Source: Paragordius varius (taxonomy: Eukaryota; Animalia; Nematomorpha). From it: DNA of 64,000 nucleotides. The stretch lies in NCBI GenBank assembly GCA_964247055.1, contig OZ176051.1, positions 15,066,001 through 15,130,000 on the forward strand, in the 5' to 3' direction. The notes beneath the pieces are model-generated. The model ran no database searches. It was not told the DNA's origin and saw only the letters and a list, made by a program, of their open reading frames with translations. Shown piece by piece: positions 1 through 12,969 of this stretch; the stretch's first letter is position 1, and every line of letters starts with the position of its first letter. A program made the translations under genes and the position numbers.

Positions 1-1152
1 TTTCATTTTTTACTATGAATGTTTAACATGGTGTGTCTGTCTAGAGTGCAGAGTTAAATGTTTGTCAAATCGAATTTGTCAACGTCAAATAATTCTGTCG
101 TAGTAATGAAAAAAACAAGACTCTTCTTTTTTTCTTTTAGTCATTCAGTTTCATGTTGAGAACATTATTTTACCGTTTTAACAAATATATAACATTGATA
201 TTTTGTACATATGCTTAATAAAATGCACAAAACGAAAATTTGCAATATGAAAAACTTAGTTTTAGTTCAACTCTAGAAACGTAACCATTAATGTTTAATT
301 TTATAACAAATAAAATTATGGTTAGAAATCAAATTATCCAAAATCAAATTTTACTTTTGAACCATTTTCTTTTGTTCTCAGCAGGTTTTAATTAATAACC
401 AAAATTTTTAAAGTACATTAAGAAAATCTATCAAAAAATTTTATCCTTATTTGACTTTATTTTGGATATCTGAATTAAATTTATCATCCAATTTATTATA
501 TGTAAAAATTTTAGGAGTTTTATTTAATTTTTATATTAATTTTAATATAAATATGTAAACATTTTAAGCGTTTTACAGTTTGGTTGGAGGCAAAATAAGG
601 CCATACATATATTTTTATTTTTGGTATTTGGCATTTACTAAAGCGCTTTAATCCCCATTTTTTTCCAATTGTAACAGCCTGTCCTCAATTCTGCTAATAT
701 ATCAGTTTTTTACAAATATTGATGTATTGGAGAGGTCGAATTGCAAGATTTTAAATAGTACCGTTTTTCACATATATCCATTTTGGATTTAATGAAAAGT
801 TTGCCAAATTTGAATTGGTGTCTCTGCATTATTGTCTACCCATTAAATACTTTTGCCTTTTAAGTGTATTAAAAGGACGCCATCTTTTGAGCTGAAATTT
901 TATAGAAACCCTAACTCTATAAATTTAGGCTTTTTATATATTGAAAATATATCTTAAAATAATAATAAACCATAATGACTCAAATTTTATTATTATTTTT
1001 TGAATTATCCTTAATTTTCACTTTTTGCCCGATTTCAATTTTTTATTAATATTTCAAAAACTAGGTTGTAGGCAAATAAATTTTGCAGCAAATGAATACG
1101 CTCGTCATAAGTACCTCATGAAAAAAAAATTTTTGTTTTTTTGCATACAGTG

Positions 1153-1177
1153 TATATATATATATATATATATATAT
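1153..1177. repeat. (TA)n microsatellite
   Basis: About 12 perfect TA units. Confidence 0.9.
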
Positions 1178-2016
1178 TATGATAGAAAAAATTATCAGGA
1201 ATTTCATGATACCTTAGGTTGGGTTGGCTTTACAATTTTTTTATAAAAGATATTTTGTGGAAAGTGCTCCATATCAGAAAATGGCAAAATTTGAGCACAT
1301 TTTTTAAAAAATATTAGATGAAGCAAAATGTTTCATTTCATTAAATATTACTACTATAATTTGTCATAAACTACTTAAATAAAAAACAAAACAATATTTT
1401 AGTAAAATTATAATTTTTGGAGGGGCTTCGAAGTTGCTTTTCTAAAACGTGGTTTTACGCAAAAATCCCCGGCGCGATTTAATTTCTAAATATAGTCTAT
1501 CAAAAAAAATCTTTATTAAAAAATGCATACTTTTTACAGAAATAAATTTTTAGCAAAATTTATTGAAGCGTACTTGCTTGTTTAGGCATGATGAAAACGA
1601 TTATAAATGCTATAAAAACACTTTTTCCATATATAATGATGTTGAACATTTCTATCACCTAAGAATTTAATTTTAAAAATTATTTGTATAAGTGTTTTTA
1701 TATAAAAATCACCAAAATTTGAAAGTAAACCCTTAGATTAAAATTCTGAAGCGATAGAAATAAACATTAAAATATATAGAAATGTGTTTTACATTAAAAA
1801 GCGTGTTTATAACGTTTCCATCATGTCTAGGTTGATTTAATTGGACATATGTGTTTGGTTGAATTTAAAAGCTATAAATTAATGTACAATAATGGATGCT
1901 AAAATTTATTTAAAATTCCAATTATCAGTAAATCACATGATTTAAAATAATTATTAATCACGAGGAGTGAGCCCTATAGTGTGTAATTAAAATAAAGATT
2001 TCGTTTTTAATTTTAT

Positions 2017-5000
2017 TTAATCGATAGTGCATGTTTTATGGGATATCTGAAGAGGTCTGCATGAAAATTTGCGTTTCGTCGATTCCATAGATCCAAGCGC
2101 CAAAAATAAATTTTTTATCGCAACTTGATTCATGTATGGATTCTCACAAAATTCCTTTAATATGTTTTATAAGAAGTAATATAGGAATGTAATTGAGGAT
2201 ATCAATAAAACACATACTTCCAGCATATATTCCAATTGCAATTCGGTCATATTTCTTGTTTGACTACTATTGGAGGAAGTAGCTATCTATTTTTTACAAA
2301 ATTAATATGAATTAAAAATACATGATGATAAGCCGTTTTTATGTATATTTAAAATATATTGTTTTTTTGGTAATATTTCCAAAACATACCGTCGCTAATT
2401 CTATGGCATTTCGTAAACGAACGATTTGCCGAAAGGTATCATTGCATATTTTTTCTATAATATGGATATCATATATAACAGAATGCACAATTGGGTTGGC
2501 TTATTTACATAAAAGTTGGTCAATTTGTAATACACTAGCATATGTCATAAAATAAACTTTGTCCATGATCAAATAAGCAAAGGTAGTATATGATAAAAAA
2601 GTAGTTTCAACATTTTGTTGGTTTTTTCATACACTACTGTGTTGCAAATTGACCAACTATAATGTTAATAAACCAGCGTAAATGTGAAAACTTAGAATAG
2701 CCATATAATTTTAGAGTAAGTTAAAATAATCACCAAAAGGTAAGAGTTTATATCCAAACATGAAATTGTTTCTATAAAAAATATTCATTAAATTATATGA
2801 GAAAATTTAATTTTAGCATAATCATACACAAAAGATGCTCCAGGCTCGGAATTCACAATTGGCACCAAACTATTCAAAAAAACGGTCCACACAAATTAAG
2901 AGGGGGGCATATCTCATTTAGTTTTATAATAATTACAAAAGAATATAAATTCATTAAAAACACACCACCTACCAGGATGGTGCAATGTTACGATAATGTG
3001 TGTTTCGTGCATTAAAGAAATCATGCATGTTGGATAAATAGGATTCGGCTGTCGGGATTGGATTAATCTAATGTATAGCATTATGTGTTTAAGAATTTTT
3101 ATATTGTCCTACTATACCTTCAACTAAAATATCACGTGAAAATTATCCTTTTAATTAAATGTGGATAATTTAAACAAATTTGGAATATTTTACTATATCT
3201 TATACCATTTACACTTCAAGAGTGTCCTTGAACAATTCAAGTTGGTCCTTGAACAATTCAAGTTGGTCCTTGAACAATTCAAGTTGGTCCTTGAACAGTT
3301 CAAGTAGGTCCTTGAACAATTCAAGTTGGTCCTTAAACAATTCAAATTAGTCCTTGAACTTCATGGTGATCCTTGATCACTTCAAGATGGTGCTTTAACA
3401 TTTTAAGGAACATTTCAAGTTTTTCTTTCAACATTTTATTTAGTTTTATAAGTGATTAAAATATGTATCATTCATTTATTATTTCATTTTTAACCCTTTA
3501 TCTCAGTTTTTAAACCAAACCTTTTTTTATTTTCGTACCGTATATGTTTATTAATTCTTAATACATTTCAATATTACCATAATTTTAACGTGTCATAAAA
3601 CAATCTTATAATATATTTACGATTATATGGTAATTAAAACATTCAAAGCTAAATTGTTGAATTGGAAAAAATATTACGACTAAACAAAAAAAGTGAATAA
3701 AAAAAACTTTAATTTACAATCAAAAATACTTACGAGGCAAGATATTAGATTGAAAAATAAAAAAGGGTATAATATGCATTTATCGTACGCACATAAATAA
3801 AAGTAAAGGATAAACTTAAAGTGTTAAAGGACAACATTCTTGAAGTTCAAATTATATCATTTGCCAAAAATATACATTATAATTTGGTAGACTATTATTT
3901 TTCATGAGGCTTAAATTTTTTTTATTTAATTTAACGGTTTATATATTAAAAGTGTGCATTTTCTTTTTAATTACAGTCATGTATCCTTTATTTTATAAAA
4001 AATTTATTTTCTTTCGTTAAATGGGTATAAATATTTCTTAAAGAATGGAAAAAAACAACAGCTCTATGGTATTAACAATATCATATTCATCAAAAAATTA
4101 AAGAATTACCATAGAGCTCTTGTTTTTCCATTCTTCTTTACCAAATATTTATACCCATTTAACGAAAGAAATTAAATTCTTGATAAAATGGATACATTAC
4201 TGTATATTGCAATCAAACTTAAGAGTATGTCATTTTAACAGTAAATATTTTTAATAAATTAATATGTATTCTACTAATTCGTGTTGAGTTTTATTTTGAA
4301 ATAAAAGAAAAATATACAGTTGCTATAATTCTTTGGAACTGAAAATATGGTAAATAAAAACATTGGAATATTACGTTGAAATAAAGATATAAAACACTGA
4401 TTAAGGAATTATATTTCAGTTATATAATTATGAAAATAAAATAAATACCAATTCCAGCGAATTATGTGGCTGAAAAAACAGGTTTGATACTGTTTTTCTA
4501 ATGCATCTCTGCAAAAATAGTTATCAAAAAAATTTACTGAATCATTTTTGTAATATCGTTGGTAGAAATCGGTTATGTTCACATACTTATTCACCATATT
4601 TTGCAACTGTAATATAAATCAATACATATAATAAAATAAATATACCTTTTAAACCAATTCACCCTTGAACAATTCAAATTCACTCTAAAATAAACTACGT
4701 TTTTATATGATCACAAATTACCTTAAAAAATAAATTTTTCTTAAAATTAAAACAAAACAGAAAAAAATAATAAACTATGTCATAAAGATATAATTTATAT
4801 ATTAATGATAAATTATATAATGGTGAATTTGAATTGTTAAGAATTTTCGAGGTTTTTTGTTGTATATGGTATATTTAAAATCTATATTCGATTTACACCT
4901 AAGACAAAGGTATATTGTTTTACTTTGGAAAGGGAAACTTCTTGTTGACTATGGTAAATTGAGTATTTTGTTAAATCCCATGGCTCGAAATTAATCATAT

Positions 5001-6300
5001 TTACACACCTGGCTGCCAGATTGTCGGAATTAAAATATTGTTGGGCTTGGTTTAACTTGGCCTGATGAGCTCTATAATCTGATACGGTGTAAGGTGCCAA
5101 CATATTTGCCACATATAGTAGAAGAAAGTCTTTTAATAATCTAACATTAAATCAAAAAATATATTGAGCATTCACGGGTAATTACTGAATTAAGAATGAT
5201 TGTAAAATAGTTTTTTCCTAGGATCGACATTTGTTGAAAATTATTGATGCTTGATAGGTTTTATATTCTACTTACGTTTTGTTTTCCTTAAACAAAGTTC
5301 CGACAAATGAACCATACATTTTAGTGAATTCGGGTCGAAAATCATAGAAATATATCTTATCTTGGCACTGAATCCCATGTTTATTCCAGCGTTTTCTCAT
5401 AACGGCAAACGCTAATTTCTAACAATGATAAAAATCAAAAATATTGATATCTTTACTTTATATATCCCATTGGAATCTCTAATATTCTTCAGTTTCTAAA
5501 ATAATTTTACATGAATGTCATTACTTCCCAATCAAGGTTGCTATCAATGTTTTTGCATTCCAAGGTTTTATTTGTTGTCCGTTGGGTAATCTGGAACGAC
5601 ATTTATATTTAAAATAAATAACATCATTGACATTCATAAATAATAATTATTGGTTAACTTATTACCTTAATCCATATAAATATAAATTACGTTAAAATTG
5701 AAAACTTAAGAAGGGCTTCAAACCTTAACAGAATCCAGAGATTCTAAAAATTCAACCCGATTCTGGGAGTTGGAATATATCCAATTTCTCCAGCATTTAC
5801 TAAGCATACCGGTTTCATAATTTTTTTATTTTATTTTTTTTTTGATTTTACATGAAAAGGGTAGGACAACCATAATTTAATGTTGTATAAAACTTTATAT
5901 TATAGATCATATGATAACTTTTAATATTCGATTGCAGTATATGATTCCCATGTTATTAATAATTATACAAATATCTACCTTTTCTTCAAGACAGCAACAG
6001 ACATAATTATTTAAAAAATGCATCATTTAAAACATTTGAAATCATGTAGTAAATAAAATTAACGTCTTCGACAACCATAAAAAATTGGGGAATCGCAAAT
6101 ATATGAAACATAGTTGGGATATTTATTTATTAGCATACTATCGTAATTAGAAGTCATAGTTTCAAGCAACAATAGATGGCTTTATAAAACGAAATTTTAT
6201 ATACTAATTGCGATGGCAGGCTAAGAAAATAATTCTCAAATGTTTTATATTTGACATTAAAAAATGTCCGTCATCGCGGTATTATGTAAAATATAAAAAT
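2017..6300 (-). CDS. Highly divergent neprilysin/M13 peptidase-like multi-exon gene, probably a non-peptidase homologue; 5' end not defined; several 1-bp indels
   Basis: GT-AG exons read by hand give ...LDWEKL...DKIYFYDFRPEF...LLKDFLLLYVANMLAPY...AARCVNMIN...FFDNYFCRDALEKQ...ESYLSNMHDFF...NEICPPLNLCGPFF...MTELQLEYML|EFCEN...FSCRPLQISHKTCTID*. The last exon is 2154-2017. Motif order and the C-terminal F-x-C...C-x-x-x-stop pattern match neprilysin. No HExxH in any frame at the expected position. Confidence 0.6.
2490..2700. mobile_element. Small MITE-like inverted repeat in an intron of the M13-like gene
   Basis: AAAGTTGGTCAATTTG...(~2514) versus CAAATTGACCAACTAT (~2645), with partial arm extension. 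Confidence 0.55.
3203..3855. mobile_element. Second foldback-like element (family B): TA|TACCATTT terminus plus 21-bp tandem array TCCTTGAACAATTCAAGTTGG
   Basis: Six near-perfect units at 3225-3350 plus about three decayed units. The unit holds the CTTGAA-caa-TTCAAG palindrome. A degenerate inverse terminus lies at ~3820-3855. Confidence 0.6.
3940..4240. mobile_element. Foldback MITE (~300-bp imperfect palindrome) in an intron
   Basis: TTTCTTTCGTTAAATGGGTATAAATATTT (~4005) mirrored by AAATATTTATACCCATTTAACGAAAGAAA (~4144); CTCTATGGTA / TACCATAGAG inner arms. Confidence 0.7.
4640..4875. mobile_element. Small MITE with TATACC...GGTATA ends in an intron
   Basis: CTTGAACAATTCAAATTCAC versus GTGAATTTGAATTGTTAAG inverted arms; the arm motif resembles the family B unit. 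Confidence 0.45.
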
Positions 6301-6885
6301 GTAAAAGGTGTTTTCTATTTATGCCACGTTTGATTGTTCTTTTGTAAATTTAACCAATTTATTCAAAAAAGATAATTTAAACCCAATTCAAAGAAAGGTT
6401 ATAATTTTTTAATTTCTAGATATAAAACCTTGAATTTGATGTAAACTTCGGTTACCCTAAGCTCCAATATTAGATTCTAATGGCCTGGGAAAAATACGAT
6501 AAATCTCACAGGAAGATTTTGAAATATTTACATAGCCCTAAATACAGCTACAGCGTCAATAATCAAACGGAAAAAATGAATCACTTTATATATCATTATT
6601 ATACTATTTTTCAGCCAATAGCAACACTTTTTCAACCAAACGCAACAATTTTCAAAAACAACATTTTTAAGACAACACAACACTTTTCAGTTGTGTACGC
6701 TTGAAAAAATATTGTCTTTGCTTAAAAAAATTGTCGTCTGTGCCTGAATAAATGTTATATTTTTGAAAAAAATGTTGTGTTTCGATGAAAAAAATGGCTT
6801 TGGACTAAAAATTGCTATTACATAGAGGGCGCAAAAGGCATTAAAACTGATTTTTTGGGCATAGGAATTTGCAAAATTAATAATA

Positions 6886-8348
6886 TACCATTTCCCAGTC
6901 TAAATAAACGTTTTCCCAGTCAATCGAAACATTTTCCCAGTCAATCGAAACATTTTCCCAGTCAATCGAAACGTTTTCCCAGTCAATCGAAACGTTTTCC
7001 CAATCAATCGAAACGTTTTCCCAATCAATCAAAACATTTTCCCAGTCAATAAAAACATTTTCCCAATCAATAAAAACGTTTTCCCAATCAATAAAAACGG
7101 TTTTATTTTTGATGATAAATATCAAAACAAGAATATAAAAACAACTTTTAACCATTATCAGCGTAATATATGGATATTATTTTTTATAAAAACACCGTTA
7201 TTGAATGACAATTTTTCCAAATATATTCCAGTGCACAATCATTAATAACATATTCTTTAAAAAAATTTTTGGAATTTGAGATGTTTTTAAGATAATATTT
7301 TTTATTTTATTGATGGTTCGCATTATTTGCGGCTAACTTACAAAATCTATAGTTACGGATGAAATATTAAATATAAAAATAATGTATCAATTTTATCTCA
7401 AAGGTTATTTAACACTTCATATTGGATCTTAAACATAAATTTTACCCTAATTTTATAATATTTATCATTTGGTTCATCGGGTGCCCAATGCGGCTTTATC
7501 TTTGTGCGGCCCGCTAAAATTTAGAAATCCATATGCAAAATTATGCCCACAAAATCTTAGTAATATTCATATTTCTTACGCAATTACTCTTAATGAGTCT
7601 ATTAAATTGGGAACAAATTAAAAAAATTATTATATTTTTGTATTTTACAGTCTTATGTCTAATCAAAAAATTATTTATGAAATATATCGAATGCGGAACG
7701 CCGTGCTTTTTAAGTAATGCGGCCCGCGAAGCCATTTGGTTAGACACCCCTGTTTTAGTCAAATATCTTTTTATTAAATATTTTTAAATTTAGATATTTT
7801 TTCCGACAGTATTTTTATGGAAAAACTTGACATGTTTAAAAACTGTTTTAAAGCGTTCGGCAATTATTATTGCGAACCATCAATAAAATAAAAAATATTA
7901 TATCAAAAACATCTCAAATTCCAAAAATATAATTTTTAAAGAATAAGTCATTAATGGTGCACTGGAATATACTTGGTAAATTGTCATTCAATAATTGTGT
8001 TTTTATAAAAAAATAATATCCTAATATTACGCTAATAATGGTTAAAAGTTATTTTTATATCTTGTTTTAATATTTACCATCAAAAATAAAACCGTTTTTA
8101 TTGATTTGGAAAATGTTTTTATTGATTGGGAAAATGTTTTTATTGACTGGGAAAATGTTTTGATTGATTGGGAAAACGTTTCGATTGATTGGGAAAGCGT
8201 TTCGATTGATTGGGAAAACGTTTTGATTGATTGGGAAAACGTTTCGAATGACTGGGAAAACGTTTCGATTGACTGGGAAAACGTTTCGATAGACTGGGAA
8301 AATGTTTCGATTGACTGGGAAAACGTTTATTTAGACTGGGAAATGGTA
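6886..8348. mobile_element. Non-autonomous foldback-type element, family A copy 1
   Basis: TA|TACCATTTCCCAGTCTAAATAAACG ... CGTTTATTTAGACTGGGAAATGGTA|TA. Inverted arms of ~443 and ~486 bp carry 10 and 12 copies of the 21-bp unit ATTGACTGGGAAAACGTTTCG. The ~530-bp core is shared with copy 2. Confidence 0.93.
7480..7752 (-). mobile_element. Captured hAT (Charlie/Buster-like) terminus inside family A copy 1
   Basis: Ends GCGGCCCGCGAAGCCATTTGGTTAGACACCCCTG (reverse complement CAGGGGTGTCTAACC...CGCGGGCCGC), with a second GCGGCCCG upstream. No partner end found. Confidence 0.6.
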
Positions 8349-8976
8349 TATATAATGTGAGTATATAATATATATTATCGGTTAATGTACTCCAAGAATC
8401 TATCTATTTATATAATGTCATACTTAAGTTAACAATTTATAATGGTTAAAAAATATAACCCGTAAATATTAAAGTGGTTTGAGAATTAATATTGGTGTCT
8501 ATACATTATTTATCAACAAGGTACGTATTCATCAGATTTACTGTATTCACACATTATAATTAAATCTTACATATTTAAATTTATATTCCTTTAAGTCGTT
8601 GTATGTTAAATTATATGTATTAAATTCACAACCGTAAAATTAAAAAAAAAACTCTGCCAACGGTAATGATAGGTAAGAGCCAAAGTAAAAATTGTTACAA
8701 AAATCGCCGGTTCTAGTAGTTCAGATAATTAGAAATTACTCCAAACACGGTTATCCTTTTTTTCAACCTAACACGAAGCTTTGATAAAAAACTTTTTATA
8801 ATATTTTTAAAATAATTTTCTAATTTCATCTGACTGATTACCTGAACCTTTTTAGTGGGATAATAAATGTAAATACGAGTAACAAAAAAGCGCAGTGTTA
8901 AATTTTAAGTAAATTTGCTTTGCTATTCCACAAAAATATAAATGTTAAAAATGGTATATAGGTAAAATAGCACGTG

Positions 8977-9749
8977 TTATAAAATATTAACCTTAGCAGT
9001 GATAATGTTAATCAGATTATTAAATGTATCATTCAATGCATGCCAGTTTTGTTCAATGCCCCCCATTGACAGATATAAAGACTTCATCATCTTAATATCT
9101 TCCTCAACCATCTTTTGATCCGCGATTACTTGTAAATCTTTCATGACCACCCTTTTAACAATCAGTTTTGGCATTTTTTCGCTTGAATGATAATTAACCG
9201 TATAATCAAAGGTTATTGGGGCTAAATCAAAATTATCACTCAAGATTTCTAAAATCGCCTTATTGATTTCAGTATCATCTATCGATGTGTTTGTATAAGT
9301 GATTTGACTAAAGTTGCCATACTTATTGAGCAATCTTTTTATTTTATCGATGGCCAATGTATTATTATTACTTTCGGGACTTTTATGGTAAGCCAGACAA
9401 GAATCGTAAATTGCTTTCATATTGGAGAGGTATCGATTGTTAGATATTGGTTTTTGATTATCTTAAAGAGCATATAAAAATATATATATTATCAAAAATT
9501 AAAAGCTATTAGTGACCTACCCAATTTTTTAATATAGGTTCTGTAAGTAATTGGTAATTGGCCGTGTTCCTTTTTACGAAAGTTTTGACAATAATTTTCA
9601 ATTGCATGACCACAATCTATAACTATAGCATAAAATAAAAAATCAATTTTTTTACCTTTAAGATCCGTCAAATTTAAGGATAAGAAAGCTGGTACGAAAT
9701 ATATAATCAAGGTATAAGTTACAATTACCACTAACGAAAACGGGTTCAT
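8977..9749 (-). CDS. Two-exon gene for a ~237-aa putative secreted protein of unknown family
   Basis: Exons 9749-9521 and 9461-8977 join in phase 1 (G|GTAGGT ... TTTAAG|AT). 714 nt with no stop. N-terminal hydrophobic MNPFSLVVIVTYTLIIYFVPAFLS. A further 3' exon cannot be excluded (AAG|GTTAAT near 8990). Confidence 0.72.
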
Positions 9750-10415
9750 ATTAACAATTAAAAGCGAAATGTTAAAAAAATAAATGAAAATGATATTGAA
9801 GTTCAAAAACAAGAGTCTTATAGACGATTCAATGTTTATAAGTCGTAAAATACGTAAACAGTTTTATTTCTACGTACAAAAAACGATCAAATATACGATA
9901 TTAATAAATAACTGATTGTTATACTAGGTAACATTACGCTTAGTGTATGTTAGATACAATTTATAACATTGGGATGGAGTGCTAGGGTAAGCGAAAAAAA
10001 CATTTTCAATTAAATTCTTTATTAACGCTGGATAAAAGTAAATATACTATTTACGTAATAAAAATATCAATAATATTATCAAAAACATACTGTTTCCCAG
10101 AATAAATAATTACGTTCAGTCTAAATTGGATATTATTGAAAGATAGTAACGCACATGCCAAATAAATATTCTTTTTTATAATTAATTGTAGTCAATCTGT
10201 ATTTTATTGTTTTATAAGTTATTTAATTGCCGCAATCGGCGCTTGGATCTAAATAGTAAAGTAACTTTGCTGTTGGTACAGAAAAAAAAATTGGTGCGTC
10301 TTAACTTAAAAATTTTTTTAATTACACAATTATGGTATCGATTAATTGATAATTAGGTATGTATAATTAAATTATTTATCGATTATCAAAACTGTCTTAA
10401 AAATCAGTATTAATA

Positions 10416-10530
10416 TATCATTTGCACTTAAAGTTGTCTGGAACATTTGAAGAATATGCTTAATCATTTCAAGTTTGTTTTGTTGGTTTTTTTAAACTTC
10501 AAAGTTGGTCGGAGCATTTTAAATTGTATT
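10416..10530. repeat. Decayed family B terminus and 21-bp units
   Basis: TATCATTTGCACTTAAAGTTG..., TTCAAGTTTG, TTCAAAGTTGGTC resemble the 3203 element. Confidence 0.35.
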
Positions 10531-12969
10531 TATTTTTATTTTGACTATATTATCATTTAGCTGATTATTGCTAAGGTTTGTCATAAAAAATACTTTTTAC
10601 ATCCATCATGAATATTCTATATCATAAAAAGTATTAATAAAAAGGTAAATACAAATACTCTAATCTGTATTAGGTTATAAAAAAAATTTTCATTATGCAG
10701 GCTTTTTCAAATTTTTTATGACGTATATAACCTTTATAGATGCAAAGTAGAATTTATTTATAAATGGTTTCACCGGTTTCACTCACTCGTTGGCTTTGAA
10801 GAATAGAGGAATGTTAAGGCTCTGAGCTAATAAAAACCATTTATTAAAACCCATTTTAGATAGTTCGGCAATTTTATAACAGTTGTACAACAATTTGATA
10901 TTAAATAATTGAATTAGATTATGAGAGTATTTGTAAAATACTAAGATAGATGGACGGACATATGAAGGGAATGCAGCGAGACAAAATCATTGGATTTATG
11001 TGTAAACTTTTAGTTTTGATTAGCCCAAATTATTTTATTCTATAGCTTGGAAGATATTCCAACCACGAGTCAGCCGCGTGACCGGTCACACCAGTAATAG
11101 TTAAATTAACCATGAATCGTTAAAAAATTTTTTTAATTCATATTTGTTCATATAAAACACATATTTCTAATTTAGATACAAACAAACTGTTAAGGTAAGA
11201 ACAAATATTATCAGTCAGATCAATTATAAATGTAAACTTACAATATTTTATTTATAAATTAGCCACAATATGGCTCGCCATTAATTCATGGAGTGATATT
11301 CTCCTCTGAATATTGAATAAAAAAATTGAATTTCTTTATAAAACTTTGATATTGGGTTATATCAGGTTTTAAAAATTAAATTTGTAAGGTAAGGCTTTTC
11401 TAGTTTTTTAAACTTAATCTACATTGAGGTAGGTTGTCTAACATACAACGATAATTAAAATATATATTGAAGTTTTATTTATCATATCAAATGAAAATTT
11501 TTTTGTAAGGATAAACTAATACTGGATAGGTTTTTAGAGTAAGTGCATGATTTTAATATTAAATTTTATCTAAGGGGTAGAATATATACCATAAGTCTGT
11601 TAAAAAGATATAATTAAATTTTTTTCGTTACAACTTCCATATTTATCTGGTAAAATAAGGAAAATTTAAGGAGACTCAATAGTAAAACGGGGTCCCGACT
11701 GGTAAATCATAAAATAATTTTTATTGATCGGCATAGTAGATAAGGTATATTGCTGTGAACGTGGGATGTATCCTATATTGACACACGAAAACACCAAGCT
11801 TATCTGAAAATTTAAAAAATGATTCTGCTAAACACGCTTTTAACTATGGCCAGTAAATATTTTAATGACATAGATGCTTAAACCATCACAAGGATACAAA
11901 TATTAGTACATCAATTGAAATTTTTAAATATAGTAAAAACCATTAAAACACATTTAAACCCCCGAAAAAGCGTGTTTGAAATTTACATGTGAATTACATA
12001 GACAAACATACACATAATATATTTGAGTTTTGAAACTAGTACATCTATAACAGTTAGTTCAGATACATGATATCATACCCAAAGTTATATTTTTAAAAAC
12101 ATTGAAACGGTTCCAATTTGAATATATGCTCCATCCTAATAATAAATAAGTCAAAATACTAAAATAAAATTTATTTTAAAAATTTATATCTAACTAATTC
12201 GACGCCATTTTTTACAACATATCGTGTTTATCTGATTCTTAAAAAAAGCTAATTTAAGTATCTAATCACGAAGCAGAACATGTGGTATATTTTGCAATGT
12301 TATTTAGCTTATGCACACATTTCATGTTCACAAGATTTTTGTGAGGAATCTTTTTTAATGTTTTGGTGCATCCTTATTATATACGTGCAAACTTTTGAAA
12401 TGGTTTCAATTTGTTTCATGTTTTATTGGATTTCAAACAGGCCTGGGATCTTAAGAGCCCAGTTTGTGTGGATTGAAATTAGTGTGTCCTATCCTAGTGA
12501 TAATATTTTACTTCGCTTTTAAATTATATTTAAATAGATGAAAATTATTATTTATCCCAAAGATATAGCCCTTTTTTGATTATAATATATGTACGTAATG
12601 AAATTGTATATTATTTTGCAAATATTTCATTGTTAATCTATCAATAAAAGTTTTAATTAGTAATAATTAATATCATTCTGCTATTATATATATTATGTTT
12701 GTTTTACTCTTATATAAAACATGAGTAATATAGTTTTTTCGCAATACCTTGTTTTAACATTTCATCATCAATGAAAATACGTATATATTACACTACTAAA
12801 CTAAAAGAAAAGATTTCATTTAAATTTAGATAAAATCGCAAGATAGCGTCTGACTTAAACTTTGAAAGGCTAATTAATATCAAATATGCCCTACTGCATG
12901 TTGTCTTGAGATTTTATACTAGCGAGCCTATACTAATTTAGAATTTAAATAGCTATAACGTTTGTTAGG

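Noticed and set aside
4324-4340. C-terminal SKEL* ER-retention-like ending for the 4.3-5.8 kb exons
   Set aside because: Downstream exons continue the M13 alignment to 2017; a +1 correction upstream changes the phase and removes this stop.
6886-7100. CRISPR-like or telomeric interpretation of the 21-bp arrays
   Set aside because: Units are contiguous with no spacers, no cas genes are present, the context is eukaryotic, and the arrays are paired as inverted TE arms.
6855-8360. ORFs with IDWENVS, FPSQSKR or LTGKTFR heptad repeats (also at 47466-49476 and 51360-51761)
   Set aside because: Translations of a stop-free 21-bp array. They are open in several frames on both strands, lie inside TIRs and lack coherent starts or ends.
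11560-12500. Exon-like patches on the minus strand (WSIYSNWNRFNVF, KLGVFVCQYRIHP); similar patches at 15420-15900
   Set aside because: Multiple stops and no consistent phase chain, so a product cannot be supported.
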